This document shows, one piece after another, positions 47,575-58,293 of a stretch of 64,000 bases of DNA. Within the stretch, counting starts at the first letter, position 1, and each line of letters begins with the position of its first letter. Origin of the DNA: an uncultured Planctomycetota bacterium (lineage in GTDB: Bacteria > Planctomycetota > Planctomycetia > Isosphaerales > Isosphaeraceae). Below the pieces are notes generated by a model. It was not told the DNA's origin, did not search any database, and saw nothing but the letters and a program-made list of their open reading frames with translations. The translations under genes were made by a program, and so were the position numbers. The stretch is from assembly GCA_963845755.1 (NCBI GenBank), contig CAWJTV010000020.1:256001-320000 (forward strand). The letters are read 5' to 3'.

Positions 47575-48582
47575 ATGCATCGTCGTCGAGCCTTCACGCT
47601 GATCGAATTGCTGGTGGTCATCGCGATCATCGCGGTGCTGATCGCCTTGCTGCTACCCGCCGTCCAGGCCGCCCGCGAGGCGGCCCGGCGCTCCCAGTGC
47701 ACCAACAACCTCAAGCAGATCGGACTCGCCCTCCACAACTACGAGGGAGTCTGGAACACGCTCCCCGCCGGACGTTACGGTTACCCTTACCTCTGGTCGT
47801 CGCTGGCCTCGCTGCTGTCCTACATCGAGGCAGCGAACATGTACAACGCGATCAACTTCTCCTTCGCCTCGGAGACCGCTCAACTCCCATATCCGGTCAA
47901 TTCCACCGTGGAGTCGGCGGCGATCGCGGTGTTCCTCTGTCCGAGCGACGGGCAGATGCGGGTGGACCCGACGAACTGGGGCGGGACGAATTATGTCTCG
48001 AATTCCGGGACGGGCACGCTCAATAACGGCAATTTCAACGTCGTCTCCGGGGCGCCCTTGCCCGACGGACCGTTCTACAACACCAGCGCCGTGCGGTTCG
48101 CCGCGATTACCGACGGTCTGAGCGGCACGGCGGGGTTCAGCGAGACGATCCTGGGCAACAATATCAATACCTCGCCCGGCAGCTCCCCGCCCTCGAACCC
48201 GAAGCGGCAATTCGCCCTGTTCAATACCTCTGAGATCCTGCTGACGTTTTCGCCGTCTTACTTCGTGCTGCCGAGCATAACAATCCCTCCCTGCGCGATT
48301 CCTGACCAGTGGTCAGGAGACCGGGGCCGCGAATGGTCGCGCGGCAGCTTCATCATGACGTCCTATAACCATTTCTACACGCCGAACAGTAAATTCCCGG
48401 ACTGCACCGACGCCGGCCGCAACGCCGCCGTGATCGGCCCGCGCAGCTTCCATCCCGGAGGAGTGAACGTCTTGCACCTCGACGGGCACGTGCAGTTTCT
48501 CAAGGACAGCGTCAATATCATCACCTTCCGGGCAATCTCGACCCGAGCGGGCGGCGAGGTCATCTCGTCGGACTCCTACTGA
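47575..48582 (+). CDS. DUF1559 prepilin-type protein
   Basis: AFTLIELL..; [33 protein letters not shown]. Confidence 0.95.
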   Translation: MHRRRAFTLIELLVVIAIIAVLIALLLPAVQAAREAARRSQCTNNLKQIGLALHNYEGVWNTLPAGRYGYPYLWSSLASLLSYIEAANMYNAINFSFASETAQLPYPVNSTVESAAIAVFLCPSDGQMRVDPTNWGGTNYVSNSGTGTLNNGNFNVVSGAPLPDGPFYNTSAVRFAAITDGLSGTAGFSETILGNNINTSPGSSPPSNPKRQFALFNTSEILLTFSPSYFVLPSITIPPCAIPDQWSGDRGREWSRGSFIMTSYNHFYTPNSKFPDCTDAGRNAAVIGPRSFHPGGVNVLHLDGHVQFLKDSVNIITFRAISTRAGGEVISSDSY

Positions 48583-48608
48583 TCGAATCCAAATCCTGGA
48601 GATTCATC

Positions 48609-49990
48609 ATGAGCGAGTACGACCGTCCTTCCGCGATGAGATCCTGGCCCGACTATCGGGCCGTCTGGCGATGGCACTTCTATGCGGGGTTGTTCTGCAT
48701 CCCGTTCGTCATCGTGCTCTCGATCAGCGGCTCGATCTACCTCTTCAAGACGGAGATCGAATCATGGATCGATCGCCCTTATGACCGGCTCGAGGTCACG
48801 AGGTATCCCGCCACGGCCGCCGATCAGGTCCGCGCCGCACTGGCTGCCGTGCCGGGTTCGACCCTGAACGCCTACGAGTTGCCGCAGGCCGACGATTCAG
48901 CAGTCCGCGTGATCGTGGACAGGGATGGTGAGGCGATCCGGGTGTACCTGCATCCGCAGAGCCTGGACGTCTTGAACACGGTCGCGGAGAACGATCGCTT
49001 CATGCGCATCCTGTTCCGCCTCCACGGCGAACTGCTTCTCGGCAATCGTGGCTCGGCGTTGGTGGAGCTGGCGGCCTCGTGGACGATCATCATGATCCTC
49101 ACCGGCCTGTACCTCTGGTGGCCGCGAGGGGCGATCGGTTTGCGTGGCGTGGTGTTTCCACGGCTCGGGTCCAGTTCGCGGGTGTTCTGGCGGGACATCC
49201 ACGCCGTCACCGGCGTCTGGATCTCCGCGTGGGTCCTCTTCATGCTCTTCAGCGGCCTGCCCTGGGCGAAGTTCTGGGGCGACTACTTGAAGACCGTCCG
49301 TCGGCTCACCGGCATGGCGGTCGCCCGTCAGGATTGGACGAACGGAGCCGCCTCAGCCGTGAGAACGCGAACAGCTCGTGGATCCGGAGAGTCGCACCAT
49401 GCAACCGGCCGATGGTCAGGCCAGGGGCGTGGCACGAGGAGTATTCCGAGCGACCTCACCGCCGTGGACCGAATCGTCGCAACTGTCCGCCCGCTAGGGC
49501 TGGACCCGCCGGTGGTCATCGAGCCTCCCGCCACGGGCTCCAACGACTGGGCCGCGAAGTCGATGACCCCCAACCGCCCGCGCCGGGTCGACCTCGTTGT
49601 AGACGGTAAGACCGGGGTCATCAAGGATCGCAAGGATTTCGCGGACCGGCCCTGGATCGACAGAGTCGTCGGCACCGGGGTCGCCGCTCACGAGGGCGCC
49701 TCTTCGGTTGGCCCAATCAACTCCTCGGCCTCGTCGCTGCAATCGGGCTGGTCCTTCTGAGTATCAGCTCGGTGGTCCTGTGGTGGCGCCGTCGTGAGTC
49801 CGGTGTCCTCGGCGCTCCCCAGCCGCTGGCGGCTCCCCGGTTCTCGGTCAGCCTTTTGACGCTGGTGGTGTTCTTGGGAATCTATCTCCCGTTGTTCGGT
49901 GCGTCACTCGTCCTTGTGTTGCTGCTGGAGGCGACCGTCTTGCGCCGGATCCCGCGGATACGCGAATGGCTGGGACTTTCAAGCCCTTGA
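48609..49990 (+). CDS. PepSY-associated TM helix (PepSY_TM) protein, frameshift near 49700
   Basis: VWRWHFYAGL, LHGELLLG, TGLYLWWP, RDIHAVTG, AAHEG, LWWRRR. Confidence 0.92.
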
Positions 49991-50066
49991 TACGATTCGT
50001 GGGGGCTTGTTGCGATGACGTCCGGTGAGCTGTCCGCACGACCGGATTCCGAGGCCCGGTGAATGA

Positions 50067-50264
50067 GAGCCCGTCCTGCCCGCTCCGATCACCGATTACC
50101 AACTCGCGCTTCCTGGCATTCGCCACGTGAAGGCGGCCACCTCCGTCGCGGGCGTCGTGGGGACCCTCGTTGTCTTCGGGGTCGCCTGGGGATTCGCAGG
50201 GGTATTCTCTCGGCGGTCGGCGGGGACTTCGGGCATCGCCGTCAGTGACGATTCCGGATCATGA
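50067..50264 (+). pseudogene. C-terminal remnant of a NikN/CbiN-like (PDGLE-domain) Ni/Co ECF transporter subunit
   Basis: Manual translation EPVLPAPITDYQLALPGIRHVKAATSVAGVVGTLVVFGVAWGFAG..; in-frame stop immediately upstream. Confidence 0.65.
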
Positions 50265-50311
50265 GGCAGGAGGCGGCGGGGGTGCTGTCTCTGAATTTCC
50301 TCGTGGAAAGA

Positions 50312-50341
50312 TTGACATATGTCGGACGGACGCCGTAGGCT
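50312..50341 (+). promoter_or_regulatory. Promoter candidate overlapped by a GACATATGTC palindrome
   Basis: TTGACA-N18-TAGGCT upstream of the DUF1559 at 50456. Confidence 0.4.
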
Positions 50342-50455
50342 CGTATACGGTTTCCGTTCGCCCGCCGCACGGGACGGGGTGTCAACTCCAACCCGAGCGA
50401 TCGGGTCCAGGGCCCCCCGGACAGCATCTGCGTCGTCGCATAAGAGGGACCTCTT

Positions 50456-51493
50456 ATGTTGAAGACCGGAACGCATCGCGGCTTTACGCTCATCGAGCTG
50501 CTGGTGGTGATCGCGATTATCGCCCTGCTGATCGCCCTGCTGCTACCGGCGGTTCAGGCGGCGCGCGAGGCCGCCCGCCGCATCCAGTGCACCAACAACT
50601 TGAAGCAGATCGGCCTGGCCTTGCATAACTATGAGACGGCCGCCGGGGCGCTACCCATGACGATGTCGTTGCTGGGGGCCGGCAACACGGTCTACTACGA
50701 CACCGGCTGGAGCGCCCAGGCCCGGCTCTTGCCCTACATGGAGGGGACCTCGTTGTTCAACGCGGCGAACCTCAGCGTCTTCAAGGAGGACCCCACCAAT
50801 TCCACGGTTATCTCGTTGACGGTGAACGCGTTCATCTGCCCGAGCGAGATCAAGCCGCAGGTTTCCTCGCACGATTATGGCCTCTCGGGTGTGATCAATT
50901 ACGGGGTGTGCGGGGGCGACTGGTTCGTCTGGGGTGGGTTCGGCGGGCCGTATAATCGCCAGGCGTTCGGCCCTAACCGGAGCCTGCGGCTGGCGGCGAT
51001 CACTGACGGGTTGAGCCAGACGTTGTTCGCCGCCGAGGTGAAGGCGTATCAGACCTCGTCGAACTGCCGCTTCACCACGCTGCCATCGGTCAACAACCCG
51101 AACAACATCCCGAGCCCGTACGCCGACCCGTTTCAGGTGGCGCCGGAATACGACAACGGGGTGTGCGTCACCGAGAATCAGGCGGAGTTCCACACCGAGT
51201 GGTCCGACGGGCACGTGCATGCGGCGGGGTTCACAACGGCCTGGCCTCCGAACAAGGCAATCATCGGCCGGTCGTTCTATCCGGGCATGGACCTGGACCT
51301 CAACGGCAAGAACGAGGAGAACGGCGGGCCGACCTTCTCGGCGATCAATGCCCGCAGTTATCACCCCGCCGGCGTCAACACCCTGCTGGGCGATGGCAGC
51401 GTGCGGTTCGTCAAGAGTACCATCGACGGGATGGTCTGGCGGGCCATGGGGACGGTTGCCGGCAGCGAAGTGGTCTCCTCAGATGCGTACTGA
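50456..51493 (+). CDS. DUF1559 prepilin-type protein
   Basis: GFTLIELL..; RSYHPAGVNTLLGDGSVRF..GSEVVSSDAY. Confidence 0.95.
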   Translation: MLKTGTHRGFTLIELLVVIAIIALLIALLLPAVQAAREAARRIQCTNNLKQIGLALHNYETAAGALPMTMSLLGAGNTVYYDTGWSAQARLLPYMEGTSLFNAANLSVFKEDPTNSTVISLTVNAFICPSEIKPQVSSHDYGLSGVINYGVCGGDWFVWGGFGGPYNRQAFGPNRSLRLAAITDGLSQTLFAAEVKAYQTSSNCRFTTLPSVNNPNNIPSPYADPFQVAPEYDNGVCVTENQAEFHTEWSDGHVHAAGFTTAWPPNKAIIGRSFYPGMDLDLNGKNEENGGPTFSAINARSYHPAGVNTLLGDGSVRFVKSTIDGMVWRAMGTVAGSEVVSSDAY

Positions 51494-52231
51494 TCTCGAG
51501 GCGGGAGGTGGTTCGATGGGGCGTACTCTCATTCTTTTCACCCTGCCGGTACTGCTAGGTGCCGGTTCTCAACCGACTCAGGCCCCCGACGGACCGGAGG
51601 ATAAGCGTTCGGCTCCAATCCTCGTGCGTACCTTTCCACTCGAGGCGGAAGTGCGAGAATATCGCTTCCCAGAATAAACATGATCGAACAGAGTCATGCT
51701 GTGACTCTGAAGACTGGGCCTCCTCTTGCTTGCGTCGATCCGACGACACCAGCGTGGGCCACATCCAGGGCGCGCGAGGAACCGACAGGGAGCCTCTCAA
51801 ACTGGCCCATGTCCAACAGCCAGGGACGGAAGTGATAAACCCGGCATGGTGGTTCCTCGCTCGATTGAAACGATGAACACGATCTACGCCTGCATGGCAC
51901 TTCGGTGGAGCGAGACAACGAAGAAGACGGTTTTGCACATCAGGATGGGAAGAGACTCAGTCAGGAAACACTGGTTGGTGGCGCCGGCCTGACGATCGAA
52001 CCTCGCTCTGATTTCTCGATCTGTGCCAGCCTCCCCGGGTGCTCCATAGCTCATCGATGGCGGGGATCCACACCTCTCGACAAGACGTATCTCGTTTCTT
52101 CATTAACAAACAATTACCCCAATTTAGGCCAAGCTGGCCTCGTCAACCGCGGGATTCCGACGATAATGCCCCCGGCCCCGAAAGGATTCGGTCGCACCTC
52201 AATTCGCCAGAATGCTGGAAGAGGTCGTGTG

Positions 52232-52627
52232 ATGAGAGTGGATTCAACGGCACTCCGAATCGGTCGTCACTTCCTCCTGATCGCCCTGGCGATACAGGGG
52301 TTCACCCCGGATTTCCGTGATCTCGCATCCCGCTGGCTGATCAAACTGCTCACGTGCAACTCAACCGCGTTCACGATGGACGTCGGATCCTCACGCCATC
52401 ATGGTGAGAATCATCGCGAAGGGCCGGATCACGTGTGCTCGCCTGCGAGCGTCGATGCAAGCTTGCGCACTCGGCTCGACAACGGCTCTCGCCCATTCGC
52501 GGCATTCACGCCGCTGAAACCCTGCGGGGGATGGGTTCCCTTGGTTCACGTTTTCTCGCGCCGCCTCGGCATCGCCACGCGAGAACGCCACGACCTGACC
52601 CGGTCTCTCTGCCGCTTCGTCTGCTGA
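52232..52627 (+). CDS. Small hypothetical protein ending LCRFVC (paralog of 56510..56908)
   Basis: LIALAIQGFTPDFRD..DHVCSPAS..LCRFVC. Confidence 0.7.
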   Translation: MRVDSTALRIGRHFLLIALAIQGFTPDFRDLASRWLIKLLTCNSTAFTMDVGSSRHHGENHREGPDHVCSPASVDASLRTRLDNGSRPFAAFTPLKPCGGWVPLVHVFSRRLGIATRERHDLTRSLCRFVC

Positions 52628-52892
52628 GATCCCGACTCCAGACCTCGGGGCGACCCACATCCACGCCGGCACGGACCCGAGACCGGGAGCGCCGTGAACC
52701 GATGCGTCGCGAAGCCGGATCGTCGCCGGAGGGATCGCGAAATCGGCCGACTTCGGTCGAGCGGGCTCGGGCCGCCGTGCCCCGAGCGATCGTTCCCCCG
52801 CGCGACCATGTGCGCCACCCGTCGTGACCGAGAAGACGATCTTTCCACCGGCCGAACAATATAAATAAGAATATTTATTGGAAAATTTGATT

Positions 52893-54322
52893 ATGCCGAT
52901 TGATATCGATCGTGGTCGGGGCGAGGCGGCGGCATCGGTGCGGCGCGGGGACGGCCTTGGATCGGGTCGCCGCCGGCGATCGGTTCCTCATCGCCGGTAC
53001 CTGCCGGTTTCTCGGACGATCTCGACCGGGCGTCCGGGATTGTATCCCGGTGAACCGGAGAACTGCCGGCGCCGGCTGCGCGAGTTCCTCGTGATCATGG
53101 CCCAGCTCGGGCTGATGCTGGCCGTCTTCGACGCCTACCGGCTCGAGACCCGATCGTTCCGGATCCTCGTCCTCCTCACGATCGCGACGCTGCCGGTCCA
53201 CTACCTGGCGACCTATCGCTGGAAGAAACCGCTATTCGTGGCCATCTCGATCCTGGGAATGGTCCTCGTCAATGGCCTGTCCACGTCGGGCGGCATCGTG
53301 GCAGTCTCGGCGGTGCTCCTGGCGCTCGCCGCGGCGCCGATCGCCTGGTGGATTCGCGTCGGATTGATCGCCGCTCTGGCCATGTCCCTGGCCGTGATCC
53401 GGTCGCGGGCCGGTTCCGCGCCGAGGCGATCGCGACGGGGGTCATCCCGGTCGTCGCGACGATGTTCATGTTCCGGATGATGGTTTATCTCTACGAGCGA
53501 AAGCATGCCCAAGGCCGCGAGCCCCTCGTCGATACACTCGGTTACTTCTTCCTCCTGCCCAATTATGTCTTCCCGCATTTCCCCGTGGTCGATTATCGGA
53601 CGTTCCAGCGCGGTTATTTCGCGCACGGCATCCACGAGATCCAGAGGGAGGGCCTGGCGATGATGTCGCGGGGGACGACACATCTGCTTCTCTATCGTTT
53701 GATCGACCGCCTGTTGCTGATTTCGCCCGATGCGGTGCACGACCCCCTGAGCCTCGCGGGCTACCTGGCCTGCAATTACTTGCTGTATCTCCGGGTGTCG
53801 GGCCAGTTTCATATCGCCTGCGGCATGCTCCACCTGTTCGGCTTCCGGCTTCCCGAGACCCACCACCACTTCCTGCTGGCGACCGGTTTCACGGACTACT
53901 GGCGACGAATTAACATCTACTGGAAGGACTTCATGGTGCGGCTCGTGTTCAACCCGGTGGTTTTCCGCCTCAAGCGGCGACCCCAACCCGTGGCGCTGGC
54001 GGTGGCGACAGCGGTGGTGTTCGTGGTCACCTGGCTCCTCCACGCCTACCAATCGTTCTGGCTGCGGGGCACCTGGGGCTTCAGCGCGCCCGACGCCCTG
54101 TTCTGGGGCATCCTGGGCTTCCTGGTGCTGATCAACGTCCAGCTCGACGCGCGGCGGGGTGCGCGGCGAGTCGGGGGGTCTTCACGGTCGCCGTTGTGGT
54201 CGGCGAAACGCGCGGCTCGGATCGCCGGCACGTTCACGACGATCGCCTTGCTTTGGTCGCTCTGGTCAAGCCCGAACGTCGGGGCCTGGGTGGATATGAT
54301 GCGCCGGGGACTTGGGATCTGA
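52893..54322 (+). CDS. MBOAT family O-acyltransferase (AlgI/DltB-like), frameshift near 53415; start uncertain
   Basis: FTDYWRRINIYWKDF, TWLLH catalytic His region, multiple TM helices. Confidence 0.85.
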
Positions 54323-54443
54323 GTTGGTGGCGAGGCGTTCGGAAATCCCCCCGCCGAGGGACCGACTGGCGTTTCTGTCGGAGCGGCGGACCATTGGCGC
54401 TCATCGCCGTCACCCTATCACTTCGGTCGATGGAGTACGAACC

Positions 54444-55577
54444 ATGTCTCATACGTCGGCGACGGCCCTGCGATTGCTCGTGACCGTGGCGATGCTGGGC
54501 TGGCGCTGTGTGCCGCGCGAATGTGCCCCGCACGCGGTGGATCGGGTGCGATGGGCGCTCGGCTGTGACGAGATCGAGAATCTCGACCGCTTGCTGAGCC
54601 AATCCGAGCCCGATCGGATGGATCAGGGCTATTACAACCAACTCCTCGACACCGGCCTGGAGGCCGGCCTGTCGCCGCCGATCTGCAAGCGCGTCCCGGA
54701 GTTGCGTGAGGTCGTGCTGAGATCGGATCTCTCGATCGTGCGAGCCGACGGGACGACATGGAGCACCAATGAGTTGGGGATGCGCGATCGGCCGTATGCG
54801 GCGTCCAAGCCATCGGGCACGTTCCGAATGGCGATGGCCGGGGACTCGATTGGCGTCGGGCTAGGCGTCGGCGACGGCCGGGGTTTCGAGCCGGCGCTCG
54901 AACGCTGGCTCGACGAGCACTCGCGCCGGCACGGCGGACCGACGGTCGAGATCCTGAATCTCGCCCTGCCCGGCCGCAGCCCCGGCCAGCGCTGGGATCA
55001 CTTCCAGAAAGTCGGCTGGGCGATGGAGCCCGACCTCATCCTGTTCGAGGCGACCGCCGCGGATGTCGGCTGGGACCAGCGCCGGCTCGCGGACCTGCTG
55101 CCCCGCGGGATCGGCTGGGACTCCACGCTCTACGGCGAGGTCTTGAAGCGTTCGGGCATCCGGCCGGGCGCGACGAGCGAGCAATACGCGCGGGCGCTGT
55201 GGCCGTATCGCTGGGAACTGGTCGCGGCGGTCTACCGCTCCGTCGCCGCCGACTGCCGGTCTCGCGGCGTGCCCTGCCTCTGGGTCTTGATCCCCCGGGT
55301 CGGTCGCGTTGTGGGGCCGGCCGAGCACCGGCGACTCCTCGACCTGGCCCGGGCCGCGGGTTTCGCGGCGGTCGTGGACATTTCGGATTCCTTCGACGGG
55401 TTCGATCCGGCCGATCTGGTGATCCACCCCAGCGACTTCCACCCCAACGCCGAGGGCCATGCCATCCTGGCCCGCCGACTCGCCGATGCCCTTTGGCCGC
55501 AACCTGTGCTGGGCGGGCTCCGGGGTCGCGATTCGAGCGAGGATGCGTCGCTTCAGGTGGGGGGCAATCTCCGATGA
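54444..55577 (+). CDS. SGNH/GDSL hydrolase-like protein
   Basis: TNELGMRD, AGDSIG, DFHPNAEGH (DxHP). Confidence 0.85.
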   Translation: MSHTSATALRLLVTVAMLGWRCVPRECAPHAVDRVRWALGCDEIENLDRLLSQSEPDRMDQGYYNQLLDTGLEAGLSPPICKRVPELREVVLRSDLSIVRADGTTWSTNELGMRDRPYAASKPSGTFRMAMAGDSIGVGLGVGDGRGFEPALERWLDEHSRRHGGPTVEILNLALPGRSPGQRWDHFQKVGWAMEPDLILFEATAADVGWDQRRLADLLPRGIGWDSTLYGEVLKRSGIRPGATSEQYARALWPYRWELVAAVYRSVAADCRSRGVPCLWVLIPRVGRVVGPAEHRRLLDLARAAGFAAVVDISDSFDGFDPADLVIHPSDFHPNAEGHAILARRLADALWPQPVLGGLRGRDSSEDASLQVGGNLR

Positions 55578-55726
55578 ACGAGGTTCGGCGCGGGATTGCT
55601 GAGTGCCCGTTCGCCGGACGCTTTCAATCTCCGGGTTTGGCCCGGAAGGTACCTGGCGGCGAGTCTCGGCGAGTGAGGCGGGCCGGTGTGCAGGTCCCCG
55701 GACAGCCGAATCCAGGACGCGCCGGT

Positions 55727-55984
55727 TCAGCCTCCTCGCCTGGGACCGCGAACTTTGCCGGAGCGTCCGTAGGTGAACAAGGCCGTTAGACCGATGCCAG
55801 CGAGCGGCACGACCACCCAGAGCAGGACGGATCGCCAGAACCCTGCCACGTCCTTGCCCAGAAGCCTCATGATGGCATTGGGGACGACGACGACCATGCC
55901 GCCGAGCGCGATCATCGCCCCGAAGATGAGCATGACGAAACAGCCGATGGCTTCCCGCGAGTCGTGCTGCGTCACCTTCGGCAT
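55727..55984 (-). CDS. Small two-TM membrane protein
   Basis: 85 aa, two hydrophobic helices, GAGG RBS. Confidence 0.55.
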   Translation of the reverse strand: MPKVTQHDSREAIGCFVMLIFGAMIALGGMVVVVPNAIMRLLGKDVAGFWRSVLLWVVVPLAGIGLTALFTYGRSGKVRGPRRGG

Positions 55985-56509
55985 CGCAAGACCTCATCTC
56001 TGAGCCGACTCGACCGGAGTGGCGATCGCACCGGGCCGGACCGCGACGATTCGTGATGTCACGCCCGTCGGGCCAGGGGGTACGTGCACCGACCCAGTGG
56101 CTGGCATGGATCGTCAACCACTCATCCCGGCGGCATTGTTCGGAGGATTCATACGTTGAGAATCGACCGTAGTCCAGCTCAAATTATTAGAGAATAATAT
56201 TTTTTACACTCTTTAATTTGTAGCCGACGAGTGACGTGTGGCAACCCCGCCTTCCGTGAGGGCAAGACCCGCGGTTTCGATCGATCGATCGACCGGCGGG
56301 AACGCGGCGGCCCGGGCAGGCCGGTGCACCGTCTCGGGGCCGATCGCCGCACCGGCGGAGGCGCCTGATCGTCCGGCTCCCAACCGATCGAAAGTCGCGT
56401 GTAAGGGGTCTGGTTCAGCCCGCCTGCGTCCCGTCAGGGAAGCCGGGACGACTCGGCCGCGGTATGGGAACGCTGGGGGTGGCTCGTGAGTGGCCGGAGG
56501 CGAGATTGG

Positions 56510-56908
56510 TCAGCAGGTGAGGCGGCAGAGGAGGAAGATCAACTCTCCGGTGCGGGCGATACCGCCGAAGGGTCGCGACGAGCGCAGGCAGCCGGGAGAC
56601 GGGGGACAGCCGGATGGCTGTGTCGCGTTCGCATTGTGACCCGTCGAGCCGTTGGCCGATCGTCGCAGGACAATCTGCGGTCCGGCCGAGGCGGGTGCGC
56701 AGACCTCATCGGCCTTCTCGTCCTGCGAGTCCTCTCCCGGTGGGACGGCGGCGTCTGTCGGCGGAAGTTCGTCCGCCACAAGCGATTGCAGGATCCGCGA
56801 GATCGAATTTGACGTGAAGTCACGAGAGTCGGGGGTGATCGCCTGGATCGCCAGGGCGACCAGGGCGAATCCGAAACAGCGAGTACGCAGCCGGAACCCC
56901 TGTAGCAT
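56510..56908 (-). CDS. Small hypothetical protein ending LCRLTC (paralog of 52232..52627)
   Basis: LVALAIQAITPDSRD..DEVCAPAS..LCRLTC. Confidence 0.7.
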   Translation of the reverse strand: MLQGFRLRTRCFGFALVALAIQAITPDSRDFTSNSISRILQSLVADELPPTDAAVPPGEDSQDEKADEVCAPASAGPQIVLRRSANGSTGHNANATQPSGCPPSPGCLRSSRPFGGIARTGELIFLLCRLTC

Positions 56909-57102
56909 TAAGACCTTCCGTCACGCTCGAGACCGACGATCCGCAATCCTGACATCACGCGTATCGTCAGGATCATCGACGCGAATCGACCCGCGACTAA
57001 ACCGAAATCGGTGGACTCCGTCCTTTTCGCGAACTCTCCCTCCCGCCGGTTTGCATGAGTCCAACATCGTTCGTCGTGGGCTCACATTCGGGGCCGTCGG
57101 GG

Positions 57103-58293
57103 TCACTGGTCACGGTAGGGCTTTTTCTCCCCGTAGAGCTTAAACCTCGCTACGCCCTCGGAGCGGTCGTCGGCGTTCGGTTCGTGGTTGTTGGCCTCGG
57201 CCTGCCATCTCGCGGCCGAGACGAAGTCGCCGGCCTCGGCATGGGCCGCGGCGAGAGCTGAGAGGCATGAGGCATCCTTCCATTCCGTCAGCTCGCAGGC
57301 CCTGGTGCCCGCCTTCACGGCATTCTTGCCATCGCGGAATCGCTCGACGGGGCAGGTGGCCCGGATCCAGGCGAGGCGTTCGTACGGGATGGCCTCCTTG
57401 GAGTCGAGCTGAATCGCAAGGTCAAGGTCGGCGACGGCTTTGGCGTACGCTTTCAAAGCCTGCCAGGCGCGGGCGCGTCGGGAGTAAGCCTCGGCGTTCT
57501 CGGGATCGAGCCGAATCACCATGTTGTAATCGACGATGGCTTTCCCGTTCTCCCTCTGTCCTTGCCAGTCCACGCCGCGCGCGAGGTAGGCGGGGATGCA
57601 GAGAGGATCCAGCCAGATGGCCTCGCTGTGATCCTCGACGGCCTTGTCGTAATCCTTCTTCATGGCCCGCGCCGCCCCCCGGCCGATATAGGCCAAGGTC
57701 AACCTGGGGTCGAGCCGGATCGCTTCACTGTAGTCGGTGATGGCCCCGTCCGCGTCGTGCAAGGCAAGACGGACGTCGCCTCGCCTGCGATGCAGGGGCG
57801 CATTCCGCGGATCGAGCCCAACGGCTCGGTCGTAGTCGCGGAGCGCGGCGTCGTAGGCTTTCTGGTCCTGCCGCACGACCGCCCTCATGGCGTGAGCGAA
57901 TCCGCTCCGAGGATCCGCTTTGACCAGTTCGTCGAAGAAGGCGACGGCCTTCTCGACGGGAACGACGTCCTCGGCGCTGGCCGAACCGCTCAGGCGCTGT
58001 CCTTCGGCCTGGAGCCAGAGTCGAGGACCATCGGCCCGCTCGACTCGATAGATCGCGATCGCCCTGCGGCTCGATTCGACCGGTCCATCGTCGTCCAGGA
58101 GAACAAAGGCACCATTCTTTGGGACGACGCGTTTGCCGACCCAGTCCTCGTCATCCCGAGCCGAGGCCCGAACGGGTGCGGCCAGGAGCAGGACGAGCAC
58201 CGCGGCAAGCAGAGCGACGGTGTCGGCCCGACGGCCGGCGAGTCCCATTCGCCCCCGGACGAGCCCGCCTGCCATCGCGTTGCTCGAGACCAT
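57103..58293 (-). CDS. Exported TPR-repeat protein
   Basis: Repeated A..DY..AIRLDP; LAWIRATCP..RDGKNAV..ACELT. Confidence 0.9.
   Translation of the reverse strand: MVSSNAMAGGLVRGRMGLAGRRADTVALLAAVLVLLLAAPVRASARDDEDWVGKRVVPKNGAFVLLDDDGPVESSRRAIAIYRVERADGPRLWLQAEGQRLSGSASAEDVVPVEKAVAFFDELVKADPRSGFAHAMRAVVRQDQKAYDAALRDYDRAVGLDPRNAPLHRRRGDVRLALHDADGAITDYSEAIRLDPRLTLAYIGRGAARAMKKDYDKAVEDHSEAIWLDPLCIPAYLARGVDWQGQRENGKAIVDYNMVIRLDPENAEAYSRRARAWQALKAYAKAVADLDLAIQLDSKEAIPYERLAWIRATCPVERFRDGKNAVKAGTRACELTEWKDASCLSALAAAHAEAGDFVSAARWQAEANNHEPNADDRSEGVARFKLYGEKKPYRDQ

Noticed and set aside
604..51493. Diversity-generating retroelement acting on DUF1559 C-termini
   Set aside because: No reverse transcriptase in the window, and the orphan tails do not differ from the full genes specifically at adenines
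51517..51677. 53 aa signal-peptide-like ORF after DUF1559
   Set aside because: No recognisable domain; possibly a truncated gene but unsupported
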